A stretch of DNA of 64,000 nucleotides from an archaeon (GCA_037442745.1 JBBIPP010000010.1:49-64048); one strand, 5' to 3'. Numbered from the stretch's first letter, positions 10,074 through 21,132 are shown. Notes: a model not told the origin generated them from the letters alone. A program made the numbers and translations.

Positions 10074-10764
10074 TTGACTGGCAAAACCATTCTCTTTCGG
10101 ATTTAAGCTTTTTCTCGGGAAGGGACTGCTTTCAGGAGAATGTATTCTCGGCTTTTGCTGTTCTTCTCAAGGGAACTGCCTTAATAGTCGAACCTCGAAA
10201 TCCGTTCGACTAAGCCCGCATCCTCAAGGAGCGCAGTATATGCTTCCTCAGGGCGCTTTCCATTTCTAGCAATTTACGGAAAAGTAGCGCGAACTAGCGC
10301 GGAATCCGACCAGAAGCTAGCGTATTCGGCAATATAGACCGGCGAATTGAGCTCCCTTGCTTTCTTCAGGCCCCCGTCATTACAGCAGTAACTATTGAAT
10401 CAAGGCCGGCTCCGTTTCCTCTCGTCCAATTTGTAGCTTCAAGATTGCCAATAATGGAGCCCAAGCCTGTCGCGAAATTGGCAACCTGCCAAACTAGGAC
10501 AACTGCATCGTATTCTCTCGGCTGGAAAGTCCAAAGGAGTGTTGTTTCATTCGGAATGTCCGCATATAAGACAACTGAATGAGAATCCCTGCCAATATCG
10601 TCACTGACAAGAGCCAGAAGGCCTCTTTGCCCGAGTAGTTGTCGGTTGCCCCGCATTATTTCGCTATAATCTGAAAGCCCACCCTTGCTGTGTTGCTATG
10701 AGAATTTTGCCAGAGGGCAACTCCTTTTATATAATAACCATTCAAAGATTGTTATTCCTCAATT

Positions 10765-11961
10765 CTAATGAACCGAACAAGTAATACACGGATCATATGC
10801 TCTGACAAGCATTTCAAGGAGCCGTTTAAGTTCAGCTTCGCTCTTTCCCCTGTTTTGGGCAAGAAGGGCGTTCGCATCCTCTTCAACATTCGTCAGGTTC
10901 TGGGCAGTAGGGGTGACAATGTCAGCTTTCGTGCAAATCCCGTTAGAATCAAACCATAGCTTGTTGTAAAGGGTCCCCCTTGGAGCCTCAATTGCCCCGA
11001 CACCAACCCCTTCCCTTGGGGAGAATGAAACTTTTTCCTCCCCTTTCTTCAAGCCGGTTGAAACAGCAAGAGCCAGCTGCTTTTCAATTTCCTGGGTGAA
11101 CTCGAAAATTTCCTCCCCTTGGGCAATGTTGTTCTCAAAAGTGTTCCCGGTAATGTTCCTTTTTCCGGAAAGAATCCTCCTTGAGAGCGCGCCAACCAAA
11201 AAGCCCTTGTTGTTTCTCACGCCGTATTTTGCGCTCGAATACATCCTGACATTCTCCTTGAAATTCTCCTGATAGTCATTTGGGTCGAAGCTCGCTGGCT
11301 CGCTTGTGTAGACTTTGGAGTTCCCGTAATAGTCCTCAAGCGCAAGATGCGTTGTTGGCCTGTGGAAGGGGGCAAAGTCGCCGATTGCCTTTGTCGCAGT
11401 CTCCATCAATTCTTCGGCAACCGGAACAGTCCTCCTTGCAAGGTCAATTAGCTCCTCAGCCGAATGGAATTCGGGGAACTTTGTGAACCCCCCGACAATT
11501 GTTGTTGTCGGATGGACTTCCCTTCCCCCTATTCCCCGGAGAATTGTGTCGCACATTCCCTTCATTGCGAGAATTTTTTTCAGGAGTTTCGGGTTCTTCT
11601 TCATAAGTTCAGTCCCAGAATCAATTCCCATAAAATCCGGAAGGGCGAGGAAGAAAAGGTGAAGCGTGTGGCTCTGGACAATCTGGGCAGAAAGCATTGC
11701 CTTCCGAAGAGCGATTGCCTCAGGAGTGGGAACAACCCCAAAGGCGGACTCAATCGCCTTGATTGTCGCAATATTGTGCGCAGTCGGGCAGACTCCGCAG
11801 ATTCTCGGGGTTATGAAATGGACATCCTCGTATTTTCTTCCGACAACAATTCCCTCGAAGAGGCGCTCCCCCTCCTCAATATGGAGCTGTGCCGTTCCCG
11901 CTCCAAAGTCGACGTCAATTCTTCCATGCCCCTCGATTTTCGCAATATAGTCGGCCACCAC
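10765..11961 (-). CDS. [NiFe]-hydrogenase large (alpha) subunit, group 3b/sulfhydrogenase-like
   Basis: IEGHG, L1 motif RICGVCPTAH, EAPRG, L2 motif DPCITCSVH. Confidence 0.95.
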   Translation of the reverse strand: MVADYIAKIEGHGRIDVDFGAGTAQLHIEEGERLFEGIVVGRKYEDVHFITPRICGVCPTAHNIATIKAIESAFGVVPTPEAIALRKAMLSAQIVQSHTLHLFFLALPDFMGIDSGTELMKKNPKLLKKILAMKGMCDTILRGIGGREVHPTTTIVGGFTKFPEFHSAEELIDLARRTVPVAEELMETATKAIGDFAPFHRPTTHLALEDYYGNSKVYTSEPASFDPNDYQENFKENVRMYSSAKYGVRNNKGFLVGALSRRILSGKRNITGNTFENNIAQGEEIFEFTQEIEKQLALAVSTGLKKGEEKVSFSPREGVGVGAIEAPRGTLYNKLWFDSNGICTKADIVTPTAQNLTNVEEDANALLAQNRGKSEAELKRLLEMLVRAYDPCITCSVH

Positions 11962-11968
11962 TCTTTCT

Positions 11969-12778
11969 TCACCTTGATTGTTGTTTCCAGTCCTTCAGGA
12001 ATATTCTCATATGCTCGTCAGCGGATTTTTCGCTTCCCAGAATTTTGACAAGCTCCTTCCTCATCTGGGGAATGTTCGCGCCCTTCACTTTCCCGGTGCA
12101 TCCGTAGCAGATTTTTCCGAATGTCGGGCAGGGCGCCCCGCAGTTCCCGGCGGAAACGGGCCCGAGGCAGGGTTTTCCATCAAGAAGGAGGCAGTTGTTC
12201 TCTTTTTCCTTGCAGGCGAGACACACTGGATATCCCCCGAACTTGTCAGGCTTCTTCCCAATAAGCACCTGCTCAAGGAACAATTCAACTGTTTCGGGGA
12301 GAACCGGGCAACCGTGGAGATAATAATCAACCTTTATTGTCCTGTCAAGGGGTTCTGCAGGAAGGTCGCTCTTCGGCTTGTATTCTTGAGAGTATATAAT
12401 TGACATGAATTTCTCCCGCAGTTCCCTGTCGGCAAGGCTAGGTACTCCGCCAACGCACGCGCAGGAGCCGAACGACACAATTACTGAACTTCTTTCCCGC
12501 AGTTCTTTCATCAGTTCCCTGTCTTCCGGAGTCATTGGCGAGCCCTCTACAAAGGAGACGGCAATCTTCTCTCCGTCCTTCAGGGGGATTTTCCTCTCCT
12601 GCCCGAGGCGCCATTCCACAATCTTTGCCCCACGGACAACTTTTTCAACAATAGGGACGAACGCAAGCTCGCATCCCTCGCAGTCAGTGAGGTCGTATAT
12701 TGCTACCGTAGGACGAGAGTCCAAAGCCACTTTTCGGACAATTCTCCCTTTTCCGACAAACTTCCCCTTAGAACGCAT
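11969..12778 (-). CDS. [NiFe]-hydrogenase small (delta) subunit
   Basis: DCEGC, FVEGS, GSCACVGG, HGCP and a C-terminal Cys cluster (CLGP..CGAPCP..CYGC). Confidence 0.92.
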   Translation of the reverse strand: MRSKGKFVGKGRIVRKVALDSRPTVAIYDLTDCEGCELAFVPIVEKVVRGAKIVEWRLGQERKIPLKDGEKIAVSFVEGSPMTPEDRELMKELRERSSVIVSFGSCACVGGVPSLADRELREKFMSIIYSQEYKPKSDLPAEPLDRTIKVDYYLHGCPVLPETVELFLEQVLIGKKPDKFGGYPVCLACKEKENNCLLLDGKPCLGPVSAGNCGAPCPTFGKICYGCTGKVKGANIPQMRKELVKILGSEKSADEHMRIFLKDWKQQSR

Positions 12779-13568
12779 CAGGCATCTCCTCCAGGATTTG
12801 CTTGTATGAAAAGACCGGCCCGTCCCTGCAGACATATTTCTCGTTAATTGCGCAGTGCTGGCAGATTCCTACACCGCACTTCATTCTTCTTTCGAACGAG
12901 AGCAGTATTTCCGAATTGTCAATCCCCATTTTCCCCAGCTCAAGGACGGCCGGCTTGTACATTATCGGGGGCCCGCAGAGTATTGCCGTCGCCTTCTTCG
13001 CGTCCTTAAGCTTTATGTCAGCTAGCCTTGTGTGGGCAAAGCCGACGCATCCTTTCCACTCTGGAGCCGACCTGTCAATTGTCGTGAGAACCTTCATGAA
13101 CTTCTCCCAGTTCGGGAACTCTTCCGAGAAAAGGAGGTCTTGGGGCGTTCTTGCGCCATAGACAAGAAAAACTTCCCCGAAATCCTTCCTGTGGGTCTCG
13201 ACATAATGTATTAGCGACCGAAACGGAGGTATTCCGCATCCTCCGGTCAGCATTATCAGGTCCCTTCCCTTGAGGCCAGCCACATTGAAGCCGTTCCCGA
13301 ATGGCCCTCTTACCCCGACATAATCCCCTTTCATCGCCTCGAAAAGCTTTGAAGTGACTGTCCCGACCGAGCGGATTGCGACATCGAACTGCCTTTTCCC
13401 GTAGGAAGCAAAGCCGACGGGGATTTCCCCGAACCCGAGGACGGAGAGCATCAAAAACTGCCCCGGAGTCCAATTCTCCATTTTCATCTCAGGCTCAAGA
13501 GTCAGATGAACAACATCGCCGGAAAGCTTCTTTGAAAGAACGACTCTCGCCCTTGTCGGCTCTAGCAT
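12768..13568 (-). CDS. Hydrogenase gamma subunit (FAD/NAD(P)-binding, 2Fe-2S)
   Basis: PGQF, RGPFGNGF, GGCGIPP, CGPPIM, ERRMKCGVGICQHC...VCRDGPVF. Confidence 0.93.
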   Translation of the reverse strand: MLEPTRARVVLSKKLSGDVVHLTLEPEMKMENWTPGQFLMLSVLGFGEIPVGFASYGKRQFDVAIRSVGTVTSKLFEAMKGDYVGVRGPFGNGFNVAGLKGRDLIMLTGGCGIPPFRSLIHYVETHRKDFGEVFLVYGARTPQDLLFSEEFPNWEKFMKVLTTIDRSAPEWKGCVGFAHTRLADIKLKDAKKATAILCGPPIMYKPAVLELGKMGIDNSEILLSFERRMKCGVGICQHCAINEKYVCRDGPVFSYKQILEEMPDAF

Positions 13569-14503
13569 TTCCCGAGAACCTCCCTGAAGTTTATTGCAAC
13601 GGGGCAGAAATGAAAGCACCTGTCGCACCCGACGCAGTCTGGAACGCCCCTCTCAGCAGTTGCCCTAGCGAACTTGTGGAAATACCAGCTCTTAATCCTT
13701 TCAGAAAGGTTCTTTTGGAAAACATGGCCTCCTGCTACTTCGGAGAAGCTCTCGAGCATGCAGGAATCCCATTTCGTGCAGCGTGTCCCGGTCTTTCCTC
13801 CAATCGGAACCCTGTCTTCAACCTCAAAGCAGTAGCAGAGCGGGCAGACATAGGAGCATATTCCGCATCCTAGGCAGGTTCTGGCAACCTCTTCCCAGAC
13901 CTCCTTTGGCGCGCGCCTGACCTTTTCCCGCAGTTTTTCGGAATCAAGGAGGAACTTGTCCTTGGCAGTCCCGATTTCCGGGAGGCTCCCGGAGAATTTC
14001 CCGAGTTTCATTTTCCCGGCAAAAGACCTGCCCTTCTCGCTTCCGACAATTACAATAAAGCCCTGCCCGTCGTCATGGAAGAAGAGGTCGAACGACTCGC
14101 CGGATTTACTGGCGTCCCCAGCGCCAATCACAATTGACGCTTTCCTTTTTTTCTGGTAATACGGGATTTTCTCGAAAACCTTGTCCAAGGTATCTAGCGC
14201 GCGGATGTCTAGGGGATTGATGCCGAAGAGGATTTTCCTCCTTTCGGCAGGGCTTTTCAGAGTTTTTCCGCTTTTTCTGTCGAAAATAAATGACGCGCTT
14301 CCGTCCGGAAGGAACGCCTGTTTTACTGGAGGAACCATTGTGAGGTTCCCCTGAAGGTCTATCTTGCCCCGGAATTCCCTGAACTTTCCGTCAAACGGAA
14401 CGAGCGGGGTTGGCCTTATTGAGGAGACGAATTTAATCAATTTTTCTTTCGGAAGATAGAACGCAGTCCAGATTTTCCCGGCCTTATTCCCTTTGCCCTT
14501 CAC
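13562..14503 (-). CDS. Hydrogenase beta subunit (4Fe-4S dicluster)
   Basis: CLGCGICSYVCPLCYCF, WDSC, HKF, CVGCDRCFHFCP. Confidence 0.92.
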   Translation of the reverse strand: MKGKGNKAGKIWTAFYLPKEKLIKFVSSIRPTPLVPFDGKFREFRGKIDLQGNLTMVPPVKQAFLPDGSASFIFDRKSGKTLKSPAERRKILFGINPLDIRALDTLDKVFEKIPYYQKKRKASIVIGAGDASKSGESFDLFFHDDGQGFIVIVGSEKGRSFAGKMKLGKFSGSLPEIGTAKDKFLLDSEKLREKVRRAPKEVWEEVARTCLGCGICSYVCPLCYCFEVEDRVPIGGKTGTRCTKWDSCMLESFSEVAGGHVFQKNLSERIKSWYFHKFARATAERGVPDCVGCDRCFHFCPVAINFREVLGKC

Positions 14504-14593
14504 TTGCCCTTTTCCTACCTCCCTTTCTTCAGTTCCAAGAAAAATTCCCCGGATAAATAACTAACCCTTTTCCCAGTCCCAAGACCGGACAGT

Positions 14594-15814
14594 TCAGCCC
14601 TTGAAAGAATTCTCAAGGGCGTCTAAGACAGGCATTCTTCCTCCTGTAATGAACGTCTCAAGCGCCCCTCCTCCAGTGCTCTGGTAGCTGAATTTTCCGG
14701 AAAACCCAAGTTTCTCAATTGCCGCGTTAGTGTGCCCGCCACCAATTACTGTGTGGGCTCCGTCAAGGGTTCTTTTCGAAATTTCCCCAAGAACCGCTTT
14801 AGTCCCTTCAGAGAAGCCGTCCTTTTCGAAAAGGCCGAGGGGCCCGCTAAGGAATATTGTCCTTGCGACAGCTATTTCCGCCCGGAACTGATTCTGCGTC
14901 TCTGGACCAATGTCATATATCGGATATTGGGTCGGGACAACGCTCACAACTGCTTTCCATCCGTCCTTTTCAATTGAATGATCAGATGGCAGTATTATTC
15001 TCAGCGGATATTTCTCAAGGAGTTCCGCCAGTTTCCCAATCTCTTCCAAAGAGAGCTCCTTTTGGAGAACGGAGTCTGTCGGCCCAAGCGAGTGGCCGGA
15101 CGCGAGGACGAACGCGAGACCGGTCAGGCCACCGAGAAGAATCTTGTCCGCTTTCCCAGAGTTGAGGAGCTTTTCAACCAAATCCGAGACTCCTTCAACC
15201 TTCGCCCCCCCGAAAATGAAAAGTGAGGGCTTTTCCGGATTTGCGAGCTTCTCCAAGTTCTCAAGCTCCTTTTCCATTACCCTTCCGACTGCGGAAGGCA
15301 TCAGGGGGCAGAACCCGACAAGAGACCTCTGGCTCCGGTGCGCCGCCGAGAAGGCGTCGTTGACGAAAACATCCGCGATTTTGGCAAGGGAGAGTATGAA
15401 CGGGCTGTTCGCATGCTCGTCAGGGGAGAGTTCCTTCTCCTCGTCCTTCTCAAACCGCTGGTTCTCCAGAAGCAAGACATCTCCCCATTTCGCCTTTGTT
15501 ATTTTTTCGGAATAATCTGCCGGATTTTTGACAAATGCGACCTCTTCCCCAAGAGTCCGGGAGAGCGCTTTCCCGTGCGCCTCAAGGGAGATGCAATCAT
15601 TCTTGCCGTTACGTCCCTGATGAGCCAGAATTACAACTTTCGCGTTCCTCTCCGAAAGCTCCCGGATTGTCGGGACTGCCGCCCTTATTCTTGTGGTGTC
15701 GAGTAGTTCGCCATTCTCCCCAAGCGGACAATTTATGTCGAGCCGGAGAAGAACTGTCTTCTCTTCGACGTTGATGTCGTCAAGTGTCTTTACCTTGCCA
15801 GAGAGGACCGGCAT
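14594..15814 (-). CDS. pgk: Phosphoglycerate kinase (archaeal type)
   Basis: RLDINCP, AHQGR, LLEN.RF, NDAFSAAHRSQ.SLVGF, GGAK, STGGGA. Confidence 0.96.
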   Translation of the reverse strand: MPVLSGKVKTLDDINVEEKTVLLRLDINCPLGENGELLDTTRIRAAVPTIRELSERNAKVVILAHQGRNGKNDCISLEAHGKALSRTLGEEVAFVKNPADYSEKITKAKWGDVLLLENQRFEKDEEKELSPDEHANSPFILSLAKIADVFVNDAFSAAHRSQRSLVGFCPLMPSAVGRVMEKELENLEKLANPEKPSLFIFGGAKVEGVSDLVEKLLNSGKADKILLGGLTGLAFVLASGHSLGPTDSVLQKELSLEEIGKLAELLEKYPLRIILPSDHSIEKDGWKAVVSVVPTQYPIYDIGPETQNQFRAEIAVARTIFLSGPLGLFEKDGFSEGTKAVLGEISKRTLDGAHTVIGGGHTNAAIEKLGFSGKFSYQSTGGGALETFITGGRMPVLDALENSFKG

Positions 15815-15818
15815 TTTC

Positions 15819-16880
<1,062 letters not shown>

Positions 16881-17129
16881 TTATTTTTGTAAATGGCTAA
16901 TTTCCTCTAAAAACCAATCTCGGACACTTTGCCCAATAAAATGACGAAAAGGTTGTTCCAAACAAGCTCTCCAAGGAATTCCCCGGAGGACAATCCAAGA
17001 GGCTCCTCTATGCAATTCTCCCAGTCTTCTGGGCGCTCCAGATTTTCATTGACAAGTTCTCCCTGAAATACAGGGGCAAAGAACCCTCTTTCATACAACT
17101 TCAAGACTTTCCTCCCCCGGATTAACAGA

Positions 17130-17550
17130 ATCTGTCTATCTCTTCCTTATTTGGAAGGGAAGTGCTCGGTTCCCGAAAAAATCCGCTATCGACTATTCCG
17201 GGATGGCCATACCTGTTTCTGTTGCCACAATCCTTGCAATCCTCGGGCTCCGGCTTTCCATCCAAATAAACTACGGCTCAAGTCAACCGTGATATTCGTC
17301 CAGATTTTCGCAGTCCTCTTCCTGAAAGAGGCGCTCTCCCGCCTTTAGAAGCCTCTTGCCCTTGTTTTCCTCCTTGGAATTTGCCTTCCCTCGACCCGGT
17401 GAAAGGGGATTGTCCCTGCTCCCGAGAGCGAGCACGCAATAGCTGAAGCAATCCGGATTGCAAAGCGGGCCAGGGAGAAGACAATGCTCTTCAACCTCTC
17501 CGGCCACGGGCTCTTTGCCCTTGGCGCCTATTCGGGCAAAAGGTTAGATT
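17130..17550 (+). pseudogene. trpB: Tryptophan synthase beta-2 (TrpB2) C-terminal relic
   Basis: From 17406 the + strand reads GIVPAPESEHAIAEAIRIAKRAREKTMLFNLSGHGLFALGAY, the TrpB2 C-terminal signature; upstream part is frameshifted and eroded. Confidence 0.8.
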
Positions 17551-17598
17551 GGTTTTTGGGTAAATTAATAAGGAAACAAGGGGGCGTTTGGCTGGAAA

Positions 17599-18717
17599 AT
17601 GGCTGACGATTTCAAGGTTACTCCGTGGGAAGTAAAGGGTAATGTAGACTATTCAAAGCTAATCAAGCAGTTCGGAACGAGCCCGCTTGATGACAAGATT
17701 CTTTCAAGAATGAGGAATCTTTCCGGAGGAGAGCTCCATCCGTATCTCAAGCGGAAAATATTTTTCTCACACAGGGACTTGGGAGCTCTCCTTGACGGCT
17801 ATGAGGCGGGAAAGAAGTTCGCTCTCTACACAGGCCGGGCGCCCTCAGGTTCAGTCCATCTCGGCCACCTCGTCCCCTGGATGTTTTCCAAATGGCTTCA
17901 GGACAAGTTCGGCTGCGATTTCTACTTCATGGTGACTGACGAGGAAAAATTCCTCGCAAGGGACTATACTTTGAAGAAAACAAAAGAGCTTGCATATGAC
18001 GACATTCTGGACATAATTGCGCTGGGATTCGACCCGAAGAGGACGAGAATTTTTGTCAACACGGAATACGGAAAGACTCTCTACACTCTCGGGACAATGG
18101 TCGGCAAGCACGTGACATTCTCGACTGCGAAATCCGTCTTTGGATTCACGAACGAGACGAACACCGGGCTCGTTTTCTACCCGAACGTTCAGGCTGGAGC
18201 GGCATTCCTTCCATCTTTCCTAGAGAAGAAGGATGTCCCTGTCCTTATACCTGCGGCAATTGACCAGGACCCCTACTGGCGTATTGCTCGGGATGTTGCC
18301 CCAAAGCTCGGGTTCCCGAAACCGGCGGCAATCCACTCCGTTTTCCTACCGGCGCTCTCGGAAGGAGGGAAAATGTCGTCCTCAGATGCGAACTCCGCAA
18401 TCTATACGAAGGATTCCCCGAAAGAAGTCAGGAAGAAAATAATGAAATACGCTTTTTCTGGGGGGCAACCGACAGTCGAAGAGCACAAAAAATTGGGCGG
18501 GAACCCGGAAATTGACATACCTTACCAATATCTCAGGTTCTTTGAGGAGTCGGATTCCCGTCTTCGGCAAATACACGACGACTACAAGAGCGGGAAAATG
18601 CTCACAGGCGAAATCAAGGAAATATTGTCGGAAAAGCTCAATTCCTTCCTCGAAAAGCATCAGGCGGAAAGGGAGCTGGCAAAAGACAGGATAGCTAATT
18701 TCATTCTCAGGGATTAG
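17599..18717 (+). CDS. trpS: Tryptophan--tRNA ligase (archaeal/eukaryotic type)
   Basis: VTPWEV, YTGRAPS..HLGH, AIDQDPYW, KMSSS, AFSGG. Confidence 0.97.
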   Translation: MADDFKVTPWEVKGNVDYSKLIKQFGTSPLDDKILSRMRNLSGGELHPYLKRKIFFSHRDLGALLDGYEAGKKFALYTGRAPSGSVHLGHLVPWMFSKWLQDKFGCDFYFMVTDEEKFLARDYTLKKTKELAYDDILDIIALGFDPKRTRIFVNTEYGKTLYTLGTMVGKHVTFSTAKSVFGFTNETNTGLVFYPNVQAGAAFLPSFLEKKDVPVLIPAAIDQDPYWRIARDVAPKLGFPKPAAIHSVFLPALSEGGKMSSSDANSAIYTKDSPKEVRKKIMKYAFSGGQPTVEEHKKLGGNPEIDIPYQYLRFFEESDSRLRQIHDDYKSGKMLTGEIKEILSEKLNSFLEKHQAERELAKDRIANFILRD

Positions 18718-18796
18718 ACTTCTCCTGCCTGTCAGGTCAAAGACCGGACGCTTTCCCCGAAGGCTCGCCTCCGGCTTTTGCAAAGGCTTAATTCCC

Positions 18797-19462
18797 TCAT
18801 TGACTGGAATAGTTTCCGGCTTTTCCGGCATCCTCGAGAATCTGCCTTGCAATTTCCGGGTTCATCTGGACGAAGATGGCGAGCGCCACGACGAAAATAA
18901 GGAGAGGGGCAAGTATTCCAAGAATTGCCCTGAATTTCCCGATTCCGTGCGCTTTTGCTATTCCGCGGCTCTCAAGATAGATTGACCAGAAGAGCCCGAA
19001 GAAGGATGCTATCGGGACTGAGGAGAGCAGGAACCAAGGAGTTCCCCCGAAGAAAAACGAGTTCATTGTCTCGGACAATTTTCCCTTTCCCCCAAGAGCC
19101 TTCAGGGAGAGATGGGCAATTCCGGCCGAAATTGCGGAAGAAAACACGATGAAAAGGTATCCGTAGGCTCCTGCCTGAATTGCCGGGAAGATTCCCCCGA
19201 GAAATCCGATGTTCGCCCCGAAAATCCAGACAGCCGGGAATGCCGAAATAAGGAGGAGATAGACAATTCCGGATTCCGCCGAAAAGTGCCCGATTTTTTC
19301 GAAGAACAGGTTTGGGGCAAAAAGGACGTTCCTGATTGTCGGAAGAAGGGGAGCTCTCCTCAGGAGGCCTTTTTCTGGCGCCCCAGAGATCCCAAGCTCC
19401 TTCGAGACTTCGGAAACCGAATATGCCCGTGCGCCCTTTTTTTGTGTTGCCTTCTTTTTCAT
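18797..19462 (-). CDS. YIP1-family membrane protein
   Basis: P..FF motif followed by about 5 TM segments with GGKG loop. Confidence 0.65.
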   Translation of the reverse strand: MKKKATQKKGARAYSVSEVSKELGISGAPEKGLLRRAPLLPTIRNVLFAPNLFFEKIGHFSAESGIVYLLLISAFPAVWIFGANIGFLGGIFPAIQAGAYGYLFIVFSSAISAGIAHLSLKALGGKGKLSETMNSFFFGGTPWFLLSSVPIASFFGLFWSIYLESRGIAKAHGIGKFRAILGILAPLLIFVVALAIFVQMNPEIARQILEDAGKAGNYSSQ

Positions 19463-19471
19463 CAGAAAAAT

Positions 19472-20236
19472 TCACCCGAACAATTTCTCAAAGAGCCGGC
19501 CCATCCTTCTCCTGAATTTTCCGGGTGGCCTGTATTCGACTGCGGCAATGTTCGCCGCAAGCTGGGTGAAAGCAATTGCCGCGTCCGAGTTCGGGGATGA
19601 TATTACTATCGGGTTCTTGTTCGCGACAGCCTCTTTGACTCCCTTGTCCTCCGGGATTATTGAGACAATGTTAGCCTCAAGTATTGTTTCCAAGCCCTTC
19701 ATGTTCGGCTCGATTTTCGAGTTCGTGACTCGGTTAAGGACAACTCCAGTTATGTGGGCTCCGTACTCTTTCGCGAGTATTATTGTTTTCAGGGCGTCCG
19801 TTATTGCCGGCCATTCCGGGTTCGTTACAACCAAGACCTCGTCAGACGCGGCAACAACCGAGAGGACTTCGCTTGAGAGCCCGGCCTGTGTGTCGAGGAT
19901 AATATAGTCCCCCTTGAGTTTCTCAATAACTTTCTCGAGCCTGTGGTATCTCCTCTTCTTCATGTCGTGTATTGCAATGCTTGCCGGAAGGAAATTCAGG
20001 CCAGAAACGTGGGTGTGCATTGACTGGTCGAGCGTGTATTCCCCTGCGAGTATGTGGTGGAGAGTCGGTGTCCCTACCGGCGTCCCGAAATGCATTGTCA
20101 GGTCAGGCGTTGTGAAGTTCGCGTCAACAAGGGTCACTTTTCTCCCGAGTTTTGCGAGCGAAATCGCGAGGTTCGCGGCAGTCGTAGTTTTTCCGACTCC
20201 GCCCTTTCCGGAAACAATTGCAATCCTTCTTGTCAT
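19472..20236 (-). CDS. minD: MinD-family ATPase
   Basis: Deviant Walker A SGKGGVGKTT, LVDAN, IILD, VVLNRV and C-terminal amphipathic helix. Confidence 0.9.
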   Translation of the reverse strand: MTRRIAIVSGKGGVGKTTTAANLAISLAKLGRKVTLVDANFTTPDLTMHFGTPVGTPTLHHILAGEYTLDQSMHTHVSGLNFLPASIAIHDMKKRRYHRLEKVIEKLKGDYIILDTQAGLSSEVLSVVAASDEVLVVTNPEWPAITDALKTIILAKEYGAHITGVVLNRVTNSKIEPNMKGLETILEANIVSIIPEDKGVKEAVANKNPIVISSPNSDAAIAFTQLAANIAAVEYRPPGKFRRRMGRLFEKLFG

Positions 20237-20322
20237 TTCAGGAAGTAACAATTCCCTCGGGCTTTTATTCTTTTCCCGGGAAGAAACACATTATAAAGGG
20301 AACATCCGGACTTTCGGGAGAA

Positions 20323-21132
20323 ATGGCGAAAAAGAACAGGCAAAAGCATTCCAGCAACGCTAAATCTGCTCATCCTGCCCAAAAGCCAGAGGGGGCAAAA
20401 CCAGCTTCCACGGACAGAAAACCGGGCTTCTTTCAAACGCCACTGGGAATTGCGTCAGGGATATTCGTGTTGGCGTTCATTGTCTTGTTCCTCTATTTTG
20501 CCCTTCCACTCTTCTCAGGAAACTCCGGAGCCTCCAATGGAGATACAGTCCTTGTCAACTATCTCGGCAGGTTCGAGGACGGAACCGTTTTTGACACGAA
20601 TATTGAAGAGTCGGCAAAGGCTGCAGGGATTTATTCCTCGGCAAGAGAATACTACCCAATGGAATTCGCGCTAGGTTCCAACGCAGTAATTCCCGGTTTC
20701 GAGGACGCGATAATCGGGATGAATCCGGGAGAGAAGAAGACTGTAAGAATTTCCCCGGAGGACGCATATGGATATCCCCAAGAGTCAATGATGCAGAACG
20801 TAACTGTTCCGAAATATCTCCTCGAGCCTTATGAGAGAATTCGAGAAAAGGGAATTAACGAGACTGTTGGCTCGAAATCCTCGACAATCTACGGGGACGC
20901 CTATCTTGTTGACATCAACTCTACCTCCGCCCTCTTCGAACTTCGGCCGGAAATAGGGTCTCGCATAATTTTCCCGACAGGAGTCTCGGCAAAGCTCCTC
21001 TCAGTCGGGGAAGCCCCGAATGACGAACTGGTGCTTTTGCTTGATGCGAACCATCCGTTGGCTGGCCAGGCTTTGGTATTTGAAATAACTCTGGTTGACT
21101 TGAAAAAGCCCCCTGCCCCGTCCTCCTCTTAG
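20323..21132 (+). CDS. Membrane-anchored FKBP-type (SlyD-like) peptidyl-prolyl isomerase
   Basis: N-terminal TM helix; V.V.Y.GR..DG.VFDT, IPGFE, PEDAYG, DANHPLAG. Confidence 0.92.
   Translation: MAKKNRQKHSSNAKSAHPAQKPEGAKPASTDRKPGFFQTPLGIASGIFVLAFIVLFLYFALPLFSGNSGASNGDTVLVNYLGRFEDGTVFDTNIEESAKAAGIYSSAREYYPMEFALGSNAVIPGFEDAIIGMNPGEKKTVRISPEDAYGYPQESMMQNVTVPKYLLEPYERIREKGINETVGSKSSTIYGDAYLVDINSTSALFELRPEIGSRIIFPTGVSAKLLSVGEAPNDELVLLLDANHPLAGQALVFEITLVDLKKPPAPSSS

Noticed and set aside
10765-10800. Selenocysteine-containing [NiFeSe] hydrogenase
   Set aside because: Both L2 cysteines are TGT codons; no in-frame TGA.
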